Below are positions 22,891-34,602 of a stretch of 64,000 nucleotides of DNA, piece after piece. A model generated the notes under the pieces. That model was not told the DNA's origin. It did no database searches and was given only the letters and a program-made list of their open reading frames with translations. Source of the DNA: Klebsormidium nitens (taxonomy: Eukaryota; Plantae; Klebsormidiophyceae); the NCBI GenBank assembly GCA_000708835.1, contig DF237039.1:150035-214034 (forward strand). Reading direction: 5' to 3'. The first letter of the stretch is position 1. The number at the start of each line of letters is the position of its first letter. A program made the translations under genes and the position numbers.

Positions 22891-24552
22891 ATCTGATTCA
22901 TTACAGAGTGAAAGTGACGCTTTGCCTGCCTGTGCTTGAAAGTTTTGAGAACTGCGCGCTAATCAAAGTTGGTAAGTGAACCTTGATCGACGTCTCTGCG
23001 TAACACTCACTTGCACATGCTGCCTGTCAAGATAATTATGCCTGCAGTTTTGAACTTGATGCGGCATCTTTGCGATGTCACCCCGAAACCCACCTCGCTT
23101 TGGGTGTGTCGTTGTTTGTCGGATGGCTCTCCGCGATTTGTTGAGGCGATGTTCGGAGCAAAGATGGTTAATACAACGTACCTTTTTGCTGAGCTGTCAC
23201 ATTTTGGTGTAGGCGCTAACTAGTAGACCATGCAGGCACAAAGCTAGCCGAACTAGATCCGTTGGAGAGGCGCGCAATGCATGGATACATGTGCAAGGAC
23301 ACTTTTATATGCGGGATGATCTGTTCTTACACGATAAAAGCACGTACCGGACAAGTAGATGATCGCGCTATCTCATCGGATGATCATATACCAGCATCAT
23401 GAGCTGCCTCGATCACGGCTAGGCTGAGGACAGGCATATCTTGCAGGCGCCGGGCGGCCCGGTTACCTACATCATACATATCCAGAGCACCTTCATTGAT
23501 TTAAGTTCGCGGATCTAGAAGTGGTGGTCGACTTGCCAACTCCACCCTTTCCATACACTGCAATCTTCATGCGCCTCTTTCCTTTCATTAGTGGGGCCTA
23601 TACCCCACAGTTTCGCCAAGTACACAAACGACTGGTTGTGTGCCATGCAGCTGCTCAATTGAACGATGCAATTGTACTTTAGCTTCACGCTTTCTCTTTG
23701 CACTATAGCTTGCAAGCACGACGTAGCTCTTGAGATTTCCGCACTGCCGCATGCTAGTAAATGTGTAAGACAGTGGCATCGCACTGAGATTATAGCATGC
23801 TACGATGTACACTGAATGCTTGACACCAAGTCATCATGCGCTTCTTTTTTTGCTGGTGCTCATGGCCACGGGACCAAATCCGACTCGGACACATGATTTG
23901 TACATGGTCACCCTGCATATGTGGAGAGTTCGCTTGAATGTGAGCCACCATATCACGCTCTAGCTTTGTGCACCTGTATGCTCACAGACATATGCGATCG
24001 CACGCCACTATCATTAGGGCCCATAATGGCAGGATCCTGGCAACTATATGTCAAGTCAGTGTTGTCTTCATAGGATTAGCCTAGCCTGCATATTCATTTG
24101 AAACCTTGCGGGGAGTGCTTCAATCTGATCCAAGTGAACAGCAATTGAAGATATTACAAACTCGAGTCTCGAGGAGCAGGTAAGGACGAGCAGTTGCATG
24201 GTCAGCTTCATTTCAGCAGACGGCAACGGGTAGAACTTTATGTGTGCATCTGCTTCCAAAGTTTGAGCGTATTTGCCAAAGAGTTTAGCCAAACCGGTCA
24301 AAAGACAATCACTGCAGTTGCAAGAGAGCCTAAGAGGTTCAGAGCGTACGACCTTATCATGAAAGTGCATGTGCAGACTGTGAGTGCTACGGTACCGTTG
24401 TTGCTTTCCAGTTCTGTTGGACAGAAGGCAGCCAAGCAATGTACCTAGCGCCCTCTTCAATAGATTACATACAAGCTCCAATAAACATTCACCCCTAGAA
24501 TAAACATTTCTAATGAGGAAAACGCCGTCTGCATACGGAAAGTCCTCGAAGA

Positions 24553-26557
24553 CTAGTTCGTGAGGTACAGAAAGATATTCCCTGTGGTGTCAAGAAGCGC
24601 GGATGCGCTTGTTTCCGTGAGAGAACCATCATCCCCACTCACTGAATACATTTTCTTGAACTTTCGTTGGAGATCTTCGTAGAACTTCTTGGAGTCAACT
24701 CCATTGCCTTTGTCCCGTCGGCTGTTAATCTGTGCAGGATTGTAAGGCAGAGTCAGCAACGCGCTCAAAGGCAACACTTGGGTGGATACTGCAGGCATGG
24801 TGAAATCTGCTCTGTTGAATTGATTCAAGGCAGTATGCAGCAACGACCTTCGCTTCCATTGAAGCAAGACGAGTTTCAAGAATAAAATGTTTTTTTTGGT
24901 CATTTAAAGAATGCTGTTTGACTTACACACACGTGTCAATGACTGGTCTAAGAACTGGTCCCTTCAAGAATTTCATCTGAAAGCATTTGCTTTCTTGGAA
25001 TTGCGGCACTAGCAGATTTGCCGCACCTAGACGCTCCTACATAGTGCGGACGTCATGCAAGTGAACCGTGCTGCAACCTGCTCGAAGGATGTGACGAGCT
25101 CAGGTGGCGAAAAGGCCCACTGGTCACATCATCCACCTTCTGTAGAGCGGCAACCAGACAACCTTGTATTCTCCCACGCATCTCAAAGCTTTCTGGACGA
25201 GAAGTGGCAAGTTTACAAGCGCCGCACCTCGATGAAAAGCTCCAAGCCGGGGTTGTCCGCCACGGTCATCTGCATTCCCTGCCACACCTGCCACTCGTGC
25301 CCCTCTACGTCCACTTTCACGACATCCACCTTGTGCCACGCCTCATCATGAAGCAATGTATCCAACTTCATATAATCCACCGGCACCCTGCCCTCTGCCG
25401 CCTCTTTCTCGACCTTGTTCCCGGGGCTCCAGGACATGTCATTCCCGATAAACACCTGCTTGTCGTCCGCATTCCCCAGTGCTTTATTCACCACTTCCAC
25501 CTGTTGATACTCCACGAGCGTGCGGGTCAGCAACTCTCCCAGCCGAGGGTTTGCCTCCACCGCCAAAACCCGCCCCGTGTGCCCTACGGCGCGTGCAAAA
25601 ACGTTGGTGTACCAGCCGACAGAGGCGCCGACATCCACCACATTCCGCCCGGGTTTGACCAGCTTTGCCACCGCTTCCGTCAGCTTTGTTTCCCACACGG
25701 TGCCCTGGCAGAGATGCGGCGTGACGCCGCGGTCGCGGGAGTCGAGGAAGAAGTACTTGTGGAAGTACTCGATCCAGCACATTACGATGCTGCCCCCCAT
25801 GTACAGGTTGACAGGCCGCTCGGACTTGAGCGCCTTGATCTCCTTGGCCACTCCATCGATGACTTGCTCGAGGTTGCTGTGCTGGCCCAGCTGCGCAGTC
25901 ACAACCTGCACCGTCATAGAGGGTCAAAGGCTTGACAGATACTCGACAGCAGATCTAAACAACGACTGATGACCTTCTGCTCGCCAACGTCCACTAAAAG
26001 CCGCAAAACTCAGAAGGACCAGGACTGCAAGATAGAGATTGACAAATTTAATGGTACTCCGGAAATAGACGACCCTCAGCATCTAAGACAAACTATGCAT
26101 TCAAGGAACTTCAGTGCAATTAGCGCCAGATCATGCCTCTAATGCACAGAAAACCACTCCTCTAGCACTTCAGATGTTGTCTGTGAAACTAGTTTGCAAG
26201 ATCTGCATTGTAGTAGTGCCCGCAACTCACCTTTGTTTCGCTCTGCAACGTTAACAGCATACCCTTTAGCTTCTCGACCTGCTCCGTCACTTTAAGCAGA
26301 GCAGTCGACAGCTCCTCCAAGCGGACCTTTGCACCAGTCTCCTCGCGGCCGCCCATAAGTAGCCGGCCATCATCATGTCTAGCAAAGACAGTTTGATGCG
26401 AGGAGATTACAAATATCTGGAGCGTGAGGAAGATGAAAAGAGCGGTTACGATAGAGCCAGCAAGGACCACAAAAACTAGCCTCGGGCAGTCTGGCCCTCT
26501 CCCAGAGCGTTTCATGGCTGGCTTCCTCAGTAGGGGAACTCTTTGACGAGATGGCAT
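24553..26557 (-). CDS. Type II membrane-anchored FkbM-family SAM methyltransferase, 3 exons, about 393 aa
   Basis: Exons 26231-26557, 25228-25905, 24553-24729 (1182 nt). A basic N-tail, a TM helix (LVFVVLAGSIVTALFIFLTLQIFVI) and a coiled-coil stem precede FLDSRDRGVTPHL...WE, VVDVGASVGWYT, VLAVEANP and VVKVDVEGHEWQV. Confidence 0.9.
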
Positions 26558-27120
26558 ACACACATTGTCATGGCGCTATCGTATCTCAAGTACCATGACC
26601 TTACTCTCCCAACAATTATAACTGAGCCTGTACTTTGACATCCGGCGCTCCTTCACATTCTACAGGCCACAAGGACAACCCTCCCAAAGCGTAAGTTACC
26701 GAGCGTCTCTTGCTTCTTGTGAGCACTTCTTTGATGAAAAGGGCCAACTCTAGACGCTAATATGCTGGCACTGCCTTGTAAGATTGAGGGATCCTCGCTT
26801 TACGCTTTCACCGCTTCTCAACAGCGCTACAATGTGGAAAGACAAAAGGCTTCCAGGAAGCAGATTGCCTGTACAATAATGCAGCGACTGGCGTCTCGGT
26901 GCTCTGACAACTCCTAAGATGGACCGCCTTTTCTGGAATTCAAGTACTTGCCTCACAAGGCTCAATATTATGCTTGAATGCCATGTCTGGGACGAACAAG
27001 GTCGCAGTTGAGTGGCCAGGTAATACCGCACTTCGTTGCAATTACGTAGGGAAAGTTGGAACAACCCTCGTGGCCCCTCGGGGCTGCGGGCAGGTTTCCT
27101 CCAAACCCAGGTGGCAGGTA

Positions 27121-27196
27121 CCTACCGGTATACCGTGAACGCCGCTGTACGGGGTACCGTATACGGTATACCTACCGTATACCACGGGCTACCGTA
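27121..27196. repeat. Cluster of TACCG/CGGTA palindromic repeats between the FkbM and RPN8 genes
   Basis: Perfect palindromes cggtataccg (27126-27135) and taccgtatacggta (27155-27168), near-duplicate cctaccg(g)tatacc (27121, 27171), and seven TACCG/CGGTA words in about 75 bp. Confidence 0.8.
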
Positions 27197-27694
27197 GCAA
27201 TTGCCAAGCCTAACTTTCTTGAGTTTCATATTCCGTGCTAGCCGTCCCGTCAAGAACCTACGTTTATCGGACGGCGCACAGCGTCTCTGAAGCGTCCGCA
27301 AGCAGGCTGCCAAGCAGGGGGCTACCGTAAATGTAGTCTGCCCAGTGGCGCAGTTCATGAATGAACCCAGTGCATGAATTATGACATTGAAAGCTTTTCT
27401 TCCTTCGTCCACCCACGTCCACCACCCTGGTTCCTGTCCTAGCAATTGCACAGCACGAGCAGGTGTTGCAGGTTAGCGCGATCAGTATGCAAATAGTGCT
27501 CGGTATATGATCTACAAGTGGCTAGTGGCACATCTTCATCTGAGGAGTTAGGCAGATTCATCTGTGAAGAGCTGTCACGTGTGTGTTTCGATTGTGGTCT
27601 TCTTGGGGTGTTGGTCTTGTTGACAAGATTTCGCCTCTCCCGAAGTTGGTGGTAGATCGTTCTCAAGTTTACAAATCACAACGTGCCTGGACAA

Positions 27695-30600
27695 ATGGGC
27701 ATCCCTGAGACGGTGGTTGTGCACCCATTGGTCCTGCTCAGCATCGTGGACAATTACAACAGGGTAGCAAAGGATACCAGGAAACGGGTTCTTGGAGTGC
27801 TACTAGGGGAAACCTTCAAGGGACGTGTAGACATCACAAATAGCTATGCAGGTGAACTGCTTCAACCACTTACCTGGTGGCAATAAGCTTGGCTTTCTGT
27901 GAATCTATCAGCTCATCTTGCAGTTTCGACCGTCCAGGGGATTTTTCTTGTGATTGTTATAAATCCGCAGAGAAGGCTCTTGTAGTTGCTGACACCAGCT
28001 GCCCTCAGTCAAATTGCAGTCCGGTTGAGGAGACTGATAACCTGTAAAACCTCTAAGAAAGCTGTTGTAGTTGCTGACACCAGCTGCCTCGGTCATTTTT
28101 GCAGTCCCCTTTGAGGAGGATGACAAGGATACAGCGATCTGGTTTTTAGACCACAACTATCATGAGCAGATGTTCTCCATGTTTAAGAAGATCAACGGTA
28201 AGGTTTCTCAATTTTCAAGTATTTTCTGCTTGCATGACGAGCTTCTGGTACTTGGAATTCATGCTTGATTGTGCAATGGAATCAACTGCAAGGGTTTGTC
28301 GATTGAGCTACTCCTGGTTGCCAATTAGCTGCTAGAAACCCTAATAAGCAGACACTGGCAAGCAGCAAGTTGGACTGGCTTGCATAGACCACAAATCAAG
28401 GTTTCTTTGTTGAAGCCAGTCTAGAAGCTGTTCACAGTCAGTCTGTTCAGGAGGCACCAGTGGTCAGCATCTTCAATTGTGCAGCAAGCGCCCTTCAAAA
28501 GAAGTGATGTTGGTGGACATCAAGCCCATGGTGCCTCGCGGTTCTGAGTTAAACAGCTTCAGTATCTTGCAAAGGTGGCATCTTGCTGAATTCCAGCTGA
28601 CGAGCACGTGGTGGGGCTATGTGTCTGGTGGTTGTGAGTATCATATGCCTCGTCATCCGATGAGGTGGCCTCTTGTCTTGTTTTCAGCTAAGGAACATGT
28701 GGTGGGGTGGTATAGCACTGGGCCAAAGATCAAGGAGAACGACCTTGAGATCAACGAGCTGTTCCGGAAGTATGCCGCAAACCCGCTGCTGGTGATCATC
28801 GACGTGCAACCAAAAGAACTGGGGATTCCAACGCAAGCTTACTGCGCAATTGAGGATGTCAAGGAGGTGCGGTTTTGACCTTTCGAAGCTATAAGGATGT
28901 TGTTGTGCTTTGCCTTCAACATTCGTGGAACATGTGGCTGAAAGCCAATGCCCTTTCCGAAAACAAGCTTCCTTTTGCTGCAAGCAACTATTTTTTGGAG
29001 CCGTAGTTTGTTGATGAAGCAGGTGGTTGCTTTTGTGTACCGGGTCTAGTTTCTCCGTGCTATGCAGGGTATGCCTGATAAGAAGGTGGTAGATGTGGAG
29101 TTGGGTCTGGAAAAAGGTCGACCTGATGTGGTGACCATCTTGTCCTCGACAAAGGGCTTGTGCGGAACGTGTCCAACAGCAGTGCACATCAGGCTCAAAG
29201 CAGCTCAGCCAACAAGTTAATGATCTGTTTGGTCTTACAGGGGGATGCAAGAGCTGACTACCCCTCTGCTTCAGCAATAACCTCACCGTCACGAAATTCG
29301 TTCACTGCTTGACGATTCTGAGGCCCACGGTTGTTGAGCAGTATCTAGGCCTGTGTTCACTAATGGTGACTGAGTCTCAACGTTTGGACCTTTGCTCTCA
29401 GGATGGGACGCAGAAGAATCAGAAGACGTTTGTCCACGTACAATCGGAAATTGGGGCATACGAAGCGGAGGAGATTGGTGTTGAGCACCTTCTGCGGGAT
29501 GTCAAAGATTCAACAGTCAGCACTCTCGCCACCGAGGTAGGTGCTTTGGTTTTTTGCCTATTTTAAGGTTAGCGCCTCTTGGAAAGTCAGAAAGCCATAT
29601 CTGCTGCTCTTGGACAACAATAACTTGCTCAGATAGCTTGCACAAGAATTTAAACGTTTCTTGGGTAGTATGACAGTGTGGATGTCAGTAGATTAGCTTT
29701 CTGGTACGAATGACAGTCTGGACACGTCAGGACCAACGTCCTTTCTGAATTCTTCAACCCTTTTCGAAGTTTGTCAAGGGCTTGGTCTCCTCGAGGTGAC
29801 CACCTTACATCGGGTGAGTCCTGTCTTCGAAAAGAATTATTTTTCATTATGCAAAATCGTTGTATTCCTCTACCCTTGTTATTTTGCCACATGATAGATC
29901 TATGACTGAGCTTCCTCACTTCTGTCCTGCTGTGCTCCTTCTCTTGGCTGGCTGGCCCTATACATTACTCATTGAAGGCGAGGTCAAAAATTTCCATGTG
30001 CTACCCTCGTTGTGGCTTTGATAGATACAAACATGATCTTTCTGGTGCGTGTGGTATCATCAAACACCTTACCTTTGTCTGGTCGAAGTACGCCATCTCA
30101 AAAGAGGCAGAAGCTGTTGAGCTTCAGCCGGACTTCCTTACTGTCCGCATCAGTGGATAATATGTTGCTTGCAGAATCTGTTCCAGAAGACATATAACAA
30201 CAAAGTCTCAAGTCAACAGAGCCGCTCAGCCGAACTCGAGAACTGCATCGCAAATCGATGTTCGATGCTGCTTGCTTCTTTGCTTCTTCCCGAGCAACAG
30301 GAAAGCGTTGCCCGACAGGTTCTAGGTTCGAAGCTCAGTAGGCAGGATTTACTCTCGTCAGTAGTTGCTTTTCGGAGTCCCTCAGAAGTTCCAATGTGGA
30401 ATGGAGGAAAGTGCTCACATCTGGAAGCGCGAAGTGATTTTCCTCTCCTTAGCTCAGGTAACTCGGCACGTTGTCACCCGTCGTCCTCCCCTTCCTGCGC
30501 AGGTGGGCAGCAAGCTGAGCGCGCTGCGGAGCCTCGAGTCGCGGCTGAAGGAGATCCAGGCGTACATGACGCTCGTGTCGGAGGGGAAGCTGCCCATCAA

Positions 30601-31913
30601 CCACGAGATTATGTACCAACTGCAAGACGTGTTCAACCTCCTCCCCAACCTCAACATCCACGAGCTAGTCAAGGCGTTCTCTGGTGAGCGCATCCTCGCA
30701 CATTTTACCGCAGGAGCTTTGTCTACACTGGATGCTGAAGCACGAGCAGCGCTGGTTGTGGCTTACTGACTGAGGAACACGGCAAGGGAATGAGGAACAC
30801 AGCAAGGGAAAGTCGCGTTGGTCAGCGGTTTTCAGATGCTCTGCAAACGGGCCTCAGGATCCTTTAATCATTGACAGATCTGCTCGGGTGTGTAGAGCCG
30901 TAGACAAGGCACCATAGAGGCACCTTGCCTACGGCTACTGCATTCAGTGTCTCTCTCTTCTTCTTTGAACTACGTTATGTCTCGTCTATCGCGCGCCTGA
31001 TGCTTTGTTCTATTCCGTCTCGTTGATCCCGGTTTGTCGGCCACTGCCCTTTCCCCTAAGATGGGTCGCTTTCATGGCCATGCTGGCAGCTCGTTAGCAT
31101 GAGGCGCCATCGAATCTTCGCCAGCCGTCGTTTTGAAGTGTTAAATGATCTTTTTGGCAGCGTTTGTACGAGTGTGTGTTAGCTCGTAGGAGGCCACTCT
31201 TCCATACTGTCAAGCACCAATGCAATACCTTGGCAGACAGGTCGCACTTACTCGGCGGGTTTGATCATGCCACCGTCTGGTCAAAACTTGCTCGAGATGT
31301 TTTTGGGAACGTACGGCTATGGTTTTGAATGATTTCCGCTTGCTTCACCCAGTAGCTCTGCCCGGAAGGGACTCCTTGTTCATCGCGCTTGAGGTCTGCC
31401 GATAGCAGGTGCCATTTCTTCTCACTAGTTATTCGTTTGCGTTCTGGAAAACTGCTTTGAGTCTTTACTTCCGCTCAGCAACACCGCCCTTGATAATTGC
31501 AACTGAACGGTTGGCTCTTCGGATACAGTCAAAACGAACGACATGATGCTCGTTATCTACCTGTCATCCCTCATCCGGAGTATACTGGCTTTGCACAACC
31601 TGATCAACAACAAGGTAGGCGTTCGCAAAAGTCTGCTGTAGCTAAGAAGTCAGTACTTCTGTACTTCAAAGTACTTCTGTACGGCGCCTGTCTCTGCTTA
31701 TTGGAAGGATTGTGTTTCTTGGATTGCAACCTGATCCTTATACCCGTCCTGCATATGGTTTGGGTACAAATGTCCTCCTGAGCCAGTGTACTTCGGGTCA
31801 CTGATTCATATCATATATGGTATCTACAGGTTTTGAATAAAGAAAGAGAACGGATGGCAGACTCCCACAGTAAGGGCGACAAGCTAAAACGGGAGGCAAC
31901 AGTAGCAAGCTAG
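27695..31913 (+). CDS. RPN8: 26S proteasome regulatory subunit RPN8/PSMD7 (MPN domain), 7 exons, 304 aa
   Basis: Exons 27695-27851, 28105-28197, 28688-28866, 29402-29536, 30503-30683, 31529-31614, 31830-31913 (915 nt). Motifs [67 protein letters not shown]. Confidence 0.97.
27980..28088 (+). repeat. 24-bp direct repeat in RPN8 intron 1
   Basis: ttgtagttgctgacaccagctgcc at 27980-28003 and 28065-28088; the second copy ends 16 nt before the acceptor. Confidence 0.9.
30771..30810. repeat. 20-bp tandem duplication in RPN8 intron 5
   Basis: tgaggaacac(g/a)gcaagggaa x2, one mismatch. Confidence 0.85.
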
Positions 31914-34602
31914 CCGTCAAGCTTGATATCCAAATTGCTGGCCCTTGTGCATTGCCCCAAGCTGAGGTCATTCGCAAAGCATTCAAGAGGTGTGGACACA
32001 ATCAAGCAATGTTTCCCAGCCTAGACATAAGACTTTTTTGAAAGGCAAGCCTCATATCGGCAAGCCATATTCTGATGTCTGATGCCGGAATGGTGCATAC
32101 GCGGGGGCCTGACAGTTCAAGGAAGTTGAGCTTCAGACAGTCCTTATCAAAGTCAGCCCTGATTGCGCGGGCGGTTGAAGTTGCATTTTCCTTGAAGCCC
32201 CACAATCACAAGCTCACAGTGCCAGTCTCAATCTCCCCTTTTACGATTGACATTTCTCCTGTTTTCATCGAGTTCAGCTTATGCTGCTTGATAGTACAGG
32301 TAGTCATACGTAGGATGGTTCCTTGTTTCATGAGAGCTACGGCAGTCAGGGTTTGCGATTTTATATCAAGATCGAATTTGGGATATTGCCCTACTGCTTA
32401 CACTGCTCATGGTCATGGCAGCTTCCGGATTTGTCACTTTCATTCGCATGGGCCCAGTACTGACGTTTGGTTGTGTAACGTTGTTGCTGCGCGGTTTGTA
32501 AACCGCCCAAATTGTACTCCGGGCATCACGAGTCACGTGCAATTGCAATGCAACCATGGACCGTACACCCAGTCAATATAATCATGTTTAGGGGCATTGG
32601 TGAATCGTAAATTTCTTAAATCAAGGGGACTACGTGGTTGAGCCCGTGCACGCTATGGTGTTTGATTAAATGCATGGGTTTTGGGACTACCCTCAGTAAC
32701 GTATACCCGCGCACTGAGTAAGTCTAACCTGATCGGTTCGGTTGGAACAGATCTTACCGCGGAGAGGCGGGCCAGGTGAGTTCATGGCCACGGGCCCGGG
32801 ATAGAATTTGTCCTTTGCACATAGCTCATAATATAGGCGCAATGATGCATTATAATAACCCCATTATAATCTTCGGTGTATCCGCAATGAGCGCATGCAA
32901 CCGACACGGTCCGGCTTCAACTTGTTAGGCACGACATACATAAACATTTTTCGAAGTTTGGGGAACACTTTGTTCATGAAGTTCTCAGAGCCCGACCGAA
33001 AAGCTTCAATGTTTGTTCGGTATTCTTGCAGTATTATAGTATTATGGGGGACGGCAGTGGTGCGCACCTTAGGGATGCGGCGGACACACAATGTTTGATT
33101 CCACTAGGACAGCCAAATGGGCCCGCTCCCGGGCCCGCTTGGCGCGCTCAGTCTTCTAGTAACGTGCCTCAGTCTAACGGGCCTCTAAAAGTCTGCTAGC
33201 AGGTCCACCACAGGTTTGCCAGCCTTTCATGATAATAGCGCGCCAGTTCGGGGATTCAATTTGTTCGCCGTGAATGATGGCATCTTGAAGGACTCGGCTA
33301 CATATGACCGCTAAATTAGATTCTTATAGAGCTTGTGCACGCCTGCCCCTGAGGAACACGTGCTACCTTGAGTTCCTAACCTTATGACTTTATGATTATC
33401 TGACTGCCGTGAGTTCCCCGTACTTGGAAGATTAGTGAGCCGCGCTCGCGGCGCCGCGTGGCCGATCTGCGCGGCCGGTTCGCGACCTCCCCAGCACGAG
33501 GTTTGAAAGATTTCAGATCCGATCTGGAGACGTAAGCTGATCATCGTCAGTTCCAACTTCCTCCAACTAAAGTGTGACAGGTCACAGGGCCCGCGGCTCT
33601 GACAACATAATAACGACTGCAACAAATTCTACCTGACCAAATATCTGGGCACGGCCATGTGATCGTGACCTGGCTGAAGGAAGCTCATTAATTGGATCGC
33701 GAAACCTGGAGCACGTGAACCTATCTTGCCGGATCCACCTGACTGCTTCATCATGACGAAAGCAATCATGAGGAATGCCCCAAGCTCCAAGTCCTTTGGA
33801 CATATGGCAGGATTCAGAGCCGTTGATGTGCAGTATATCTGGAACCAGATAAGGGCGCCAGCTCACTTTCACCTGAAATGCAATGAGAGGTCGACACCTG
33901 GCGCGAACCGGAAGGTTTTGGACAAAAGCGGAGAGCTTTTTGCTCGCCTGTCAACATCTTTCGACTGCCACCCTGTCATGCACAGTGGAAAGGAAGGCGG
34001 CGCCTGCCTGGCTAGTAGGTATTGAATTTGCAGTGCGGCTCAACCGAGCTCACTACTGTGTTCTCGGCCAGCTCCGGCATTGAGCCTGTGTTTAATGTTG
34101 CAACTAACTAATGGCTGGCCGTTGAGTGCTCGGTAGGTAGAACATCCGCATGCGCAAGCGTCAAGCTGGGCGGAGGGACCGATAGCTAAAGATTTGCGGG
34201 GCGGTTAGTTTAGATTTGCTTGTCAGTCAGCCCATCTGAACCGGTCAATCCAATGATGGCGGAAGCTTCCACCGGGGTATTGTGACCCAAACCTTGGGAA
34301 GTGAAGAGCAGAGTGCAGGGCAAAGTTGTTGGGAGCAGCGCTTTTAATCTTGGTCCAGTTTACGGCAATTCGTCTTTCAAAAGCGACGAGGCAAGGGCGC
34401 AGAACTTCAAACCTCGTTTTGCAGCATTGTAGGTCGAAAGACCTTAGCCACTTTCCGCCCTTGAACGTTACCGCCTTCTCGGATGAGAGCCTTACGCTGA
34501 GGGCTTCCCAAGCTGACTATAGGAGCCTCACGCTGTGGACTCCCAAGCTCACCATCAACCTAATTGATATCGTTGAGAAGGCCTGTCGAAGCGACTTCCA
34601 CA

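Noticed and set aside
6640-30810. Two-copy 19-24-bp repeats as a possible CRISPR-like array
   Set aside because: Each has only two copies, the units are unrelated, they are intronic, and there are no spacers or cas genes.
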